This document shows, one piece after another, positions 47,801 through 56,197 of a DNA stretch of 64,000 bases (position 1 is its first letter; every line of letters starts with the position of its first letter). The stretch is from Bugula neritina (taxonomy: Eukaryota; Animalia; Bryozoa), in the NCBI GenBank assembly GCA_964035545.1, contig OZ037768.1, positions 15,917,875 through 15,981,874 on the forward strand. The letters run 5' to 3'. Both the position numbers and the translations under genes were made by a program. A model generated the notes under the pieces. The model was given only the letters and a program-made list of their open reading frames with translations. It was not told the origin of the DNA and did not search any database.

Positions 47801-50800
47801 ATATTGCAGTTTCAACTCAAAGGTTGGACCGATTTGGTGGACTTCATTTTTTTAATCCCGTTCCAATGATGAAACTTTTAGAGGTAAAATAGATTTCTCT
47901 GTTGCTTTCATTCTAAATTTACAATGCCCAAGTTCACTCTATCTGCTTTGGCTAACTTATACAAACTTGGCGACTCTAATACAGTTCCTTACACGGTTTT
48001 GTAGTGATGAGTGTACCCAGTGGTCCCCGTGGTGTAATGGTTAGCACAATTCAGTTGATACTTTAAAGTTAAAATGGGCAGCTCTTTCAAGTAGCTACTT
48101 AAAGTCTCTATTTGACTATATACTATGATAATATATGCCAGGCATCATTCGCTGTCTTTCCATGAACCGATATTGGCCAGATCGATTCATGGGAAGGCAT
48201 CAAAGATCAATCTCAGTCGATCTGAGCTGGTTGGTCTGTGGAGATCGAACTCAGATCGATCTCAAGGCAATAAGACCATGGAAAGATGGCAGATCAATCT
48301 GAGAAGTAGAAAAAGACTGCTGGCTAAAATATTGTCTGCTAATAAAAATGATAACTTATTTTTAATTACTAAGGAAAGTACTTAATAATTACGATAGCCA
48401 CCTTTTCAGATGCAAAAACTTCGACTTTAAGTACAATGATTAAGACAACTGAATTATATGAAATTATAGACGGTAGAAGGTACAACAAGTGGGAGCATCT
48501 AAATTGAATTGACTAGTAAAACCTACTTTCATTAGTTATTTGCTGTATAATTTTAAAGTTGCGTTTATACCTTCACGATTTTCAGTCAGAAATTCAATTT
48601 GGCCGGGTTGAAATTTCTCCGAGTTGCATTGCATTGTAAAAGCCACTCACAAATTTTTTTGTATTGTGGTAACTTAATCGGCCGATTTCAGAATAATACA
48701 CAAAAGGAGTAATAACGCCTTGTAAACATCGTTATTTTAGTTATGACGTTGGCGATTAGATGACGTACTTATATGTTAATAATTATATCACATACGCCTT
48801 CTTAATTATCGCTTTTATGCTGTCAACTTCACTAATTCACGACATTTACAAAGGGCATCAAATAGCGATTAGGCGAGTCAGATTTCATTTTTAGAAATTA
48901 AGCTTCCGCATCAATATAATTTCAACGATTTTCAGTTTGACTATAAAGGGGTACCTGGACAAGTGTTATTAACTGAAACTCAGTATTTTTTCAGCAGAGG
49001 TATAAAAGCAACTTAAGCCTAACAATCCTGTAAGTTCATGAATAATATGCAAGACAGCTATTATTTTATATAAGCTGTCAAGCTAAAAAATTAAGAATAA
49101 TTATTTTTAATTGGCCAAGTTGCTTTACACTGAAAGCTTAGCTGCGTATAGTTGATAGCTGGCATTAATTTTTAGACAATCTTATATTCTAACCGCAGTA
49201 GCTTTAATCACACAGATGGGCGAACAAATTATACAGTTAAATTATCCTTCATTTAAGAGGAGGCAACTCTGCGAGATCGATCTGACACTCTCATGGAAAA
49301 ACGATCGATCTGAGCACATTTCTCAGATCAATCTCAGCGAGATGGATCTAAGATCGATTCATAGAAAGCTGGTGATTATTATTATAGGAATTGGAAAGTA
49401 TATCATAAATGGGGAGCTGCTACTGGCATTTTGTTCTTGGTATCAGCTTGTTGTCACCTGCACAATTTTCAAACACAGGCAGCATCACAAAGCTACCCGG
49501 ATGCACCCTTGTTTTAAACATTGGCATCTCATAGGTTATGTTATTACAAGGTAGAAGTACCAGAATGATGTGCTGAATACCAGAGCAATGAGAGGTGCTG
49601 ATTGCTCAAACGACCAAATCATTGCTAGGTTTAAGTTAGCATTTTCATTGAGGAAAGCAAAGAACAAGACATGAGGCAACTCATCTTACAAGCTGAATGT
49701 AGGAAAACTGCTAAATGAATATGTATTACAGGTGTTTCAGAAACTGGTGGATAGACAATGGACTACAAAGATGATAAAGATGTAACCTTAGAGGAGAAAT
49801 GGGACAGGTCAAAGATCTCGGCCTTCAACACAGCTGATGAAGTCCTTGGTAAAACTGAAAGAAGACATTGATATTGGTTGGGTGAATATGATGCAGAACT
49901 GAATGCATTGCTTGATGAATGAAATAAGGCTAAACCAAAAGCACTACAGTGGGGAACAAGAAATAGCACTGATGGACTAGCGCAAGCCTGAAGCAAATTA
50001 CATAAATAGGCATGAAAAAAGAAGTGTCAGTGGTGAAGGAAAATTTGGAAGCTGATGAAAATGGCCATAGAGAATGCTTCAACCACAGAATAGTGGCACC
50101 GCCTAATCACTTGAGCAAGATGGTGAAACAGTACTGATAGCAAAGGATGACGCCCTGAAAAAGTTTGCACCGCATTTTGACCAGCTGCTAAATGTACCTG
50201 GGAAAGTGGATCAGAAGCTTTCAATAGTCTCATATATAGGCTGCCTAGTGTAAACCTAGATGACATGCCAAGCTTTGATGAACTGCTGGAAGCAATAGAT
50301 GCAACCAAGGAGAATAAGGCTCCTGGGGAGTGTGGCATTCCAGCTGGAGTGGTGAAGTATGGCGGAATCAAGCTTAAAGAGAAACTACATGATCTGATTG
50401 CTTACACCTGGAGTAATAAAAAGTGACCACAGAACTGAAAAGGGCAGTAAGAAGGTTTGTGGAAATTATAGAGAAATATCACTTTTGTGTATAGCTGTAA
50501 AGATTACAGCCTGTATTATCCTCAACAGAATTAATGAAAAGGTAACTCTAAGTATGCTTCCTGAGACACAGTGTGGGTTTCACTACAGTAGGAGCACTAT
50601 TGAAGAAGTTTGGCTTCACTGAGAAATCACCAACTTAATCAGAGCCCTTCATTTAGGGATGCAAGCTGAGGTCGTGCAATGTAAAGACATATTAAGCAAG
50701 TTCCCAGTAGCCAATGGTGTTCTTTTGCCCATATTATTTTTATTATACCTGACTGCTATGCTAGAAATGGCAAGAAGGGATTTAAATTCAAACTAGAGAT

Positions 50801-53800
50801 GGGGCTGATATAATTGATGTGGTTCAGTTGAAGTCCAAAACTCGTACTACCAAACACCTAGTTAGAAGAGATGTTTGCAGACGACAGCGCTTTGGTAGCA
50901 TACTCCGCTGCAGCCATGCGGGTGCTAGTGGACAAATTTGCAAAAGTGGCGGCTCAGTTCAGCTTAAAAATCAACATTAAGAAGACAGAATACATGTACC
51001 AGCCAGTCAAACTAATTTACCCACTCCCTGGGGCCAAAGTTATTACAATAGACCAAGAACCACTTCTTTTTGCCTCAGACTTCACATATGTTTTTCTGCA
51101 CTGCAAAAATAGATAAAGAGCTTCAAAACTGAATAGGCAATGCAAGTGCGACTTACAGAAAACTCTAGCAGAGACTGTGGAACAACAGAAATGTCTTCAT
51201 AAAGGTTGAATGTAAAGTCTATAGAGCTGTGGTGCTCTCAAGTCCCCTCTATGGAGCTGAAACATGGACAACATACAGGACACAGGTGAAGAAGCTAAGC
51301 ACTTTCATAATGAGACAATCAAACGCCATAATAGCTGTAAAGTAGTATGACAAAATCACGAATGACGAAATACTAAGATGTGCCAACTTGCAATGTGTGG
51401 CTAAAATTCTTATAAAAAAGAACCTGAGATGGTTAGGTGATGTGCACAAAATTGAAAATGACCGGCTATTAACTCCCAGACATAGACTCAGATTTAAGGA
51501 TTCTGCTAAGAGAAACAAAATGGGGAATGATCAACTTCAGTTCCTGGAACCGGCAGCTACCAACAGATTTTCATGGAGAGCTGCAACCAAATCAAAGCCA
51601 AATTCCTAAAACCAAGTTGCATAAATAGAGGGGTTTCAAACATCCCTCTAGGGGAATTTGTATTTTAAAGTTGTCTTCCCCTACAGGGATTGGAGGCAGT
51701 CTTGATGATATATAGAAAGCCCATAAAATAAGTAGAAATGTAAGGTTTGAGTGAAGACTACTACTAGTATGTTTCATTTTTTCTGGGATTAATATTTTGG
51801 CATAAGTACACATATGAGCAGTTTCAGAAAATTTTTGTTAATGATAAATGGCACAAAAACAAAACTTCAAAGCATATTTGTGGTTTTAGTTATTGAGCAA
51901 ATCTGAAGCTGGCAGCTGTCATTATTATTTGCTTTGCTGACTGTAACCAGTCTGTTTAGAGCTGCTAACCTTTCAACTATTATAACAATAATAACATGCT
52001 GGTACACTATATAGCTGCACTAGTGGGCTCTGTCTTACTGAACTCCAAATGCTCCAAATTATGGGTTGGAACACATGCCTGTACGTTTATGAAGGCACTG
52101 GCTCATTTGTATTAACATGTTCACATACTTACACACCTATGCTATGAAAATAACTAAGCCACCCTGCTATCTAATATTTCTATATATAAAAAAAATCATT
52201 ATAAATATAAAGATATGTATTAAAATAGATAGATTAAATTTGTAATTTCAAACAACAGCTTATCTAAAAATGCTAAACACTGTACAACTATATATATATA
52301 TATATTTTAAAAGCATTTGTTTACATGGCATGCCTGCAAGTCAACGAAAATATTTAGAGAACAGTAAAAAGAAGCATATAAATTTCAGAATAGTTTCTTC
52401 TTTTCTGAGATGAATATTTTGGAAATGTCCCACAATTCAACATTTAAATAAAGTCTGTAAAAGTATTTTTCACAGTGTATCCTCAATGAATAATTATTCT
52501 TGCAAGCTGGTTTGCGTTTGTTCTGGCATGCCATTTTACAGTGGTCTAGTTAACTAGGTCAAAGTTCATTGAGGTCATGGAATTGTTTTATTAACCTCTG
52601 TGTGTTGACAAAATACTATCATTGGATTTAGAGCTTCTCTAAGCAACTTCACAGTCTGATTAAATATCTGCGATACCTGCCTAGTAGACAATCCAAACCT
52701 AAAAAAATAATAGACTAAATCCTTGTATTACGTGTATGAATGAAAAATAATGCAACAAATTGGCTAAAGCATGTTCAAGTAATGTGAAAAACTCGAAATA
52801 TAAATGAGTCAAACTAGAGCTAGTCAAGTGTGTAGTGTTTTTGCCCGATTTATATGGGTTGTTTAATCAGCTTATTATGTAGTGATGTAATCCTATATAA
52901 TGTAATTTAAGTTAGACAGCTAAAGTTGGACAGTTCTCATCGTGCACTTTCTTGAACAAGCAGTTATGTAATATAGAGAGACAGCTACTCAACAGAGAGC
53001 TTCAAGCAAACAAAATTCTTGCAACGAGGTTGATTGAATACAAAACAGCTGCTGTTATTCTTATAGCAGCATGCATTGTATAAGAGATAGCCTGATGGTT
53101 CACATAATTTACATACAGTGACACCACTAAAAATTATTAGAAACCACAGAAAAGATATAAAGGAGAGAATGCTGGCACAAAGGAAGTATAGCAATGTGGT
53201 CAGATATATGGCTGAAAACTGACCTAGAGATAAATAAGTACAAAATGTACATAATGTAGCTAAATCAGCAAAGCCAAATGATTTGATATAAAAAGTATTA
53301 TCTGGGAATTTAGTGAAACTTAGTAGCATTATTTAAAACTCCACCTTTGAGCAAGATCGTATGGAGTAAAGCCAATCTTAATTTCATTAGTGTCATAAGA
53401 ATGCAGTCATTATGACCTAGTTCGTTCTTTCTATACTCTACAGCTGGTACTAAATGTACATTTCAACTCTTTTTTGGAAACAAGCCAAGTTGCTTTGGCT
53501 GAAAAGTGCTTTTTTTGATGATTTTTTTCTGCAATGCAGCAGTATATAATTTACAATGCTCCAAAAACATTTCTGTATTAGGAATGTTGGTATACAAACA
53601 GCTTGCAAAAATAATTATTTATTGAGAATACACTGTGAAATTTTTTTACAGACTTTATTTAAATGTTGAATTGTGGGACATTTCCAAAATATTCATCTCA
53701 GAAAAGAAACTATTCTGAAATTTATATGCTTCTTTTTACTGTTCTCTAAATATTTTCATTGACTTGCAGGCATGTCATGTAAACAAATGCTTTTAAAACA

Positions 53801-55635
53801 TATATATATATATAGTTATACAGTGTTTGGCATTTTTAGATAAGCTGTTGTTTGAAATTACAAATTTAATCTATCTATTTTAATAAATATCTTTATATTT
53901 ATAATGATTTTTTTATATATAGAAATATTAGATAGCAGGGTGGCTTAGTTATTTTCATAGTATAGGTGTGTAAGTACGTGAACATGTTAATACAAATGAG
54001 CCAGTGCCTTCATAAACGTACAGGCATGTGTTCCAACCCATAATTTGGAGCATTTGGAGTTCATTGAGACAGAGCCCACTAGTGCAGCTATATAGTGTAC
54101 CAGCATGTTATTATTGTTATAATAGTTGAAAGGTTAGCAGCTCTAAACAGACTGGTTACAGTCAGCAAAGCAAATAATAATGACAGCTGCCAGCTTCAGA
54201 TTTGCTCAATAACCAAAACCACAAATATGCTTTGAAGTTTTGTTTTTGTGCCATTTATCATTAACAAAACTTTCTGAAACTGCTCATATGTGTACTTATG
54301 CCAAAATATTAATCCCAGAAAAAATGAAACATACTAGTAGTAGTCTTCACTCAAACCTTACATTTCTACTTATTTTATGGGCTTTCTATATATCATCGAG
54401 ACTGCCTCCAATCCCTGTAGGGGGAGACAACTTTAACATACAAATTCCCCTAGAGGGATGTCTGAAAACCCTCTATTGACTGCAAGAGATAATAGATGCC
54501 AGTGCACCACCTTATAGTCCGGTCATATACAGGGCAATTTTCTTTAAAAAGGATACAATAGCTTAGGTCTAAAAATACTTGTTTTTTTTTAGTAGTATTG
54601 CTTCTTGAAAGGCAATAAATATTCTACTACGAACAATGTGTTTCATAATAGATAGTTAAAACATTGATACAACAGTTTCCTGAATTTGAAAACATGTCAA
54701 AACTTTGATGATTATTTTGCTTGTTCTCTCATAAGAGAAGACATTACATCATAAGCATGTATCAAATTGGTTTCCTGTCTGAATATGTAGCTACTGGCAA
54801 ATACTATTTTAGGCATATCATTTATCTCAGTTCATGAACCAGTTGAATGATTGCTGTAATTTTCAAAGTTTATTTTGTGTAGTAAGTGGTGTTTAGTAAG
54901 TCGTGTGTAGTAAGTATTGTGTAGTTAGTAGTGTGTAGTCAGTAGTATGTAGTAAGTAGTGTGTAGTAAGTAGTGTAGTAGGTAGTGTGTAATAAGTAGT
55001 GTGTAGTACGTAGTGTGTAGTACGTAGTGTGTAGTAAGTGGTGTGTAGTAAGTGGTGTGTGGTCAGTAGTATATAAAATTGAGCTAGGATTAGTTTTCTG
55101 GTGGCTAAATTGAATTCACTCTTTTGTTATTTCATATTATTTTGTTGAAGGTTATTAGAATTCCAGAAACAACTGATGAAACGTTTAACTCATTGCTGGA
55201 GTACGGAGCTGCTGTTGGTAAAACTACAGTCAACTGCAAGGTAATAACCGCTGTAACTAACACCATGTAAGCTAAGCTATGTAAAAGGGTCCAATCTGTA
55301 TGCAGATATTAAATTTATAAATTTTGCAGGACACGCCTGGGTTCATAGTAAACCGATTGCTTGTGCCGTATATGGCAGAAGCGGTTAGAATGCTAGAGAG
55401 AGGTGATGCCTCAGCTAAAGATATAGATATTGCAATGAAGCTGGGAGCTGGTTATCCGATGGGTCCATTTGAATTAGCTGATTATGTGGGACTCGATACC
55501 ATGAAGTTTATTCTCGAAGGCTGGAGCAAAAACTATCCAGATGTTGAAATATTCAAGCAGAGTGAAATGATGAATAAGTTGGTTGCTGAAGGTAGACTTG
55601 GTCGAAAATCTGGAAAGGGGTTTTATGACTACTGA
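38895..55635 (+). CDS. HADH: Mitochondrial short/medium-chain 3-hydroxyacyl-CoA dehydrogenase (309 aa)
   Basis: Exons 38895-39014, 46962-47090, 47453-47610, 47757-47883, 55151-55240 and 55330-55635 join in frame. Mito-targeting-like N-terminus, [13 protein letters not shown] Rossmann motif, [60 protein letters not shown]. Confidence 0.97.
39372..40030 (+). repeat. 5' LTR (659 bp)
   Basis: TGTAATGG...TATCACA; TATATAAAA at 39848; AATAAA at 39937; near-identical to 46072-46721. Confidence 0.97.
40032..40050 (+). other. Primer-binding site complementary to the tRNA-Leu 3' end
   Basis: TGGTGGCAGCGGTGGGATT is the reverse complement of AATCCCACCGCTGCCACCA, the 3' end plus CCA of eukaryotic tRNA-Leu (AAG/TAG type). 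Confidence 0.88.
40081..40995 (+). CDS. gag: Gag (capsid-like domain, coiled coil, one CCHC zinc knuckle)
   Basis: First ATG after the PBS; [18 protein letters not shown]...W...LRSCLTGQA capsid-like segment; [14 protein letters not shown] knuckle. Confidence 0.92.
   Translation: MAPPGETAPGATETETPTLTVEALVAALQGLREPSQAPPGDRYRLRLPIFGGEEDVEQFIREFEDVATIAEWPAPVRILQLRSCLTGQAKSFALGPDEAHILRALRARFGRTAEEAVDRLQALRRNRKTTLEEHANTVERLAQAAYSHATGAERKRLVYNAFFKSVNDSGLQRYWLAAKVCTLEEALEMGKSYFQVEGLQERSFTAHQVAEENPEDATPITPQVSAATTPSPEQAQLAVLVDMMKGLQATVTQLQRNQADRRAPRVRDDPVRPSQFTCWGCGASGHVKRHCPKGSLPLNNRGSR
40971..41039 (+). promoter_or_regulatory. -1 programmed ribosomal frameshift signal (U_UUA_AAC, 6-nt spacer, stem-loop/pseudoknot)
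   Basis: Heptamer 40971-77 is in the gag codon phase (ccT TTA AAC). 10-bp stem GGCTCACGGT (40984-93)/ACCGTGGGCC (41005-14). Loop CTTCCGCCG can pair with CGGGGGAGG (41031-39) with one mismatch. Confidence 0.8.
40977..41339 (+). CDS. Middle ORF in the -1 frame of gag (~120-aa Pro/Arg-rich Gag extension)
   Basis: Open from the slippery site to TGA 41337-39; includes ORF 41049..41339 with the duplicated [19 protein letters not shown] and a PLHNRFAGL motif. Confidence 0.55.
   Translation, partial: QPRLTVTSADRGPPANPIRGRGQGMTKKTPTASDKMGWQAPRRSRKPKGLPDPPAMPLNTRMESEDVGWQAPRRSRRPQGLPDPPAWPLHNRFAGLPEKVVEEDSSCPPDRRKPPLSLRR
41087..45868 (+). CDS. pol: Pol polyprotein (aspartic protease, RT, RNase H, integrase with GPY/F, long C-terminal extension)
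   Basis: FLLDTGCT (PR); [15 protein letters not shown] and YLDD (RT); DTDAS...ELLA...TDH (RNase H); HHCC, DLVGP, TDQG and VERNN (DDE integrase); KFVGPY. Frame is open from 41078. Confidence 0.96.
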   Translation: MAGTSEISETERFTRSSGHATQHPDGVRRRRMAGTSEISETARSTRSSGLATPQPVRGVARESRGGGLKLPSRPQKTPVVSKTMRRPAVRTQVVSPPETNHSRSTQPYGSSYFLPGKISGKAATFLLDTGCTTNLLSRRLFDTLGARERASLEPYEGAHGTLADGSCIPFYGVITLPGRVRDQVIHETFIVSQLKEDAILGMPFLEKHQCCMDFQKSVVVMAGRELVCVDKFGRPLVGGVQVVRDCTVPGRSQATLRCRVNCKEIADLGVVEGTHGAIRLANSLNRLDCRQELLVQCINPFTEPVRLSAGALVGKYHSIQDADVGPALETVADTQGNPPRTSRRAVPEHMADLYDGACGNCTSSTERQVLAQLLVEYSDVFSRGDEDMGLTKVISHEIPLAAGTTPIRQPTRRLGPEKEKEVSRQVQDLLDRDLIEPAHGAWSSPVVLVKKKDGSWRFCVDYRRLNSVTIQDAYPLPRIDEPLDALAGSKYFSTLDLLSGYWQVPLSPDAQDKAAFITRDGLWKWKVLPFGLTSAPATFQRLMEQVLSGLHWKTRLIYLDDVVVISPDFSTHVSRLREVFDRLRAAGLKLKPSKCALLQPEVTYLGHVVGRDGVATDPEKVQAVKEWTVPRDLPELRAFLGLVGYYRQYIPGFAGVAQPLNRLTAKGIRWQWTQEEQQAFDHLKQRLMEAPILAYPDPAKEYILDTDASDHSVGAVLSQVQGGSEVVVAYYSKTLAAAEKNYCTTRKELLAVVKAVKHFRPYLYGRTFRLRTDHASLIWLCKRAEPSSQVACWLEILAEFSYQMEHRAGRKHGNADGMSRRPVEDCKQCLHIEKRDGGPARLDVETELGEGAVYRWEHGHLRTETHSDDVQALHANPTLYQNVKELCRLQETLPGAVADIFRAKKEGRRPCEEQQRQGDVEFQLLCRRWDALKVSPDGLLMITLAADNRQQERDRVVCPRALRRELIWDTHKQAHSGVSRVIRCLRLRWYWPGMTRDVRLRVRQCEVCQASKHGRPTETTGRRRLYAGRPWQVVAVDLVGPMPLSARGNTWILVLTDHFTRWADALAIPDATAPTVARTLDQHVFCYLGFSEQIHTDQGAQFQSQLMGDLCRIWGVNQSRTTPYHPQGNGVVERNNRMLGDALRSLLLGRGQEEWDVVLPQIMRAYRSTPHSATQETPNFLMLGRETWVPEHLTYHVPAPESPVHEYVEGLIDIMGKAHDALRTQQWQTRTEDSEEPPLYQVGDWVWMVSYRRRRGQSAKLQPKFVGPYCVVEVLPNHTYRVERSGQVSVQSEQRLKPYHASPDAVGQAPPLLEPNRQPNHRGRTTQPREVEIVVPREADQGQAALLEQLEQQQRQERRQQQQALGPPPLSGEDTPTRVTGEGGDPPTLATEEPLALQVPAHPLRSQRDRKPPRYLADYHVGHMEMSPQRSGTPSTGKNSESQLQNSPGSTGLLQKQQPPDQHSHLDNRYPALSGNVGQGRWRYPIPLTDLEPPQEKEDGATSLLPAQLIGDGAAAATAQPLRVALARLGKEPGAPVSQIGEKIQPPHPQLPRHRQNEAPPYRECVLDSAIQAWSSILDRCTEEIESLVHHLQ
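46062..46071 (+). other. Polypurine tract
   Basis: GGCGGGAGAA directly before the TG of the 3' LTR, preceded by the hairpin ATCGAAAAG-GGGATG-CTTTTCGAT (46038-46061). Confidence 0.75.
46072..46721 (+). repeat. 3' LTR (650 bp)
   Basis: By manual alignment it differs from the 5' LTR by about 6 substitutions and one 9-bp indel. Confidence 0.97.
48022..48047 (+). pseudogene. 5' tRNA-like fragment (tRNA-Gln-like, A-box only); SINE head or tRNA relic
   Basis: GGTCCCCGTGGTGTAATGGTTAGCAC resembles the tRNA-Gln 5' end GGTCCCATGGTGTAATGGTTAGCAC. No B-box or 3' half follows. Confidence 0.5.
48155..49370. mobile_element. Degenerate non-autonomous DNA transposon with (A)GATCGATCT sub-terminal repeats
   Basis: Left CTTTCCATGAACCGAT is similar to the reverse complement of the right end, CTTTCTATGAATCGAT. 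GATC(G/A)ATCT clusters at 48175-48305 and 49270-49360. Confidence 0.5.
49375..51610 (+). mobile_element. Decayed, 5'-truncated RTE-clade LINE (end of APE domain plus RT), with many stops and frameshifts
   Basis: Fragments NGELLLAFC...[16 protein letters not shown] (APE), [46 protein letters not shown] and [18 protein letters not shown]. Confidence 0.9.
51624..54477. mobile_element. Foldback / long-TIR non-autonomous DNA element (arms ~51624-52512 and ~53594-54477, ~1.08-kb spacer)
   Basis: The arms are near-identical reverse complements; ORFs 51592..51813(-) and 54240..54479(+) translate almost identically. Possible TA TSD (TA|GAGGG...CCCTC|TA). Confidence 0.9.
54878..55070 (+). repeat. ~14-bp minisatellite (GTAGTGTGTAGTAA-like)
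   Basis: Directly visible, about 13 degenerate units, ending ~80 nt before HADH exon 5. Confidence 0.9.
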
Positions 55636-55869
55636 AAGCGGTTGAAAATTGGTGTAATGATATCTTTCAATTAGATATGGTTTACATAAAAGCTCTGTAG
55701 CATCATCCAGTATGTATGGATGCTATTACTCTGTTTGTTTAATGATAAGCAAAATAACTTTTTGGACAGCTATTCAACATTATGCTTCACAGATGCTTTT
55801 GTGATGTCATATAATATGGGGGGTTGCTGAACTATCTAAGGTGTTTGTTTTGCCACTAGCTCTACTAAC

Positions 55870-55875
55870 AATAAA
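55870..55875 (+). terminator. Putative HADH polyadenylation signal
   Basis: AATAAA 235 nt after the stop codon. Confidence 0.55.
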
Positions 55876-56197
55876 TAAATATTTAATGAAAGTTGTTACC
55901 ACCCCTCTCTCTCTCTCTCTCTTGATAGACTAATTCTGTAAATCCTAATTTGAAAAGCAGGCAGCATCTATTGTAACATTTATGCATGTAATAGGCATTT
56001 CTTTGCAGAGTACAGATATAGTGTACATGAAAGCTTCAACAGCTTGCAATGTTTCTAGTTCCTTATTAAAATTATCATATATAGCCTTGTACCACATTAA
56101 TTTATTTCAATTAAAATGTAAATAATAAGTAACTCTAATTTAATTTCTCTCTCAATATCATCCAACATAATGTACAGTGTGATACATAATAAACATA

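Noticed and set aside
48022-48095. Functional tRNA gene
   Set aside because: Only the 5' 26 nt resemble a tRNA; no anticodon arm, T arm or B-box.
51592-54479. Duplicated 73/79-aa ORFs as a gene pair
   Set aside because: They are the two arms of the foldback inverted repeat and show no protein features.
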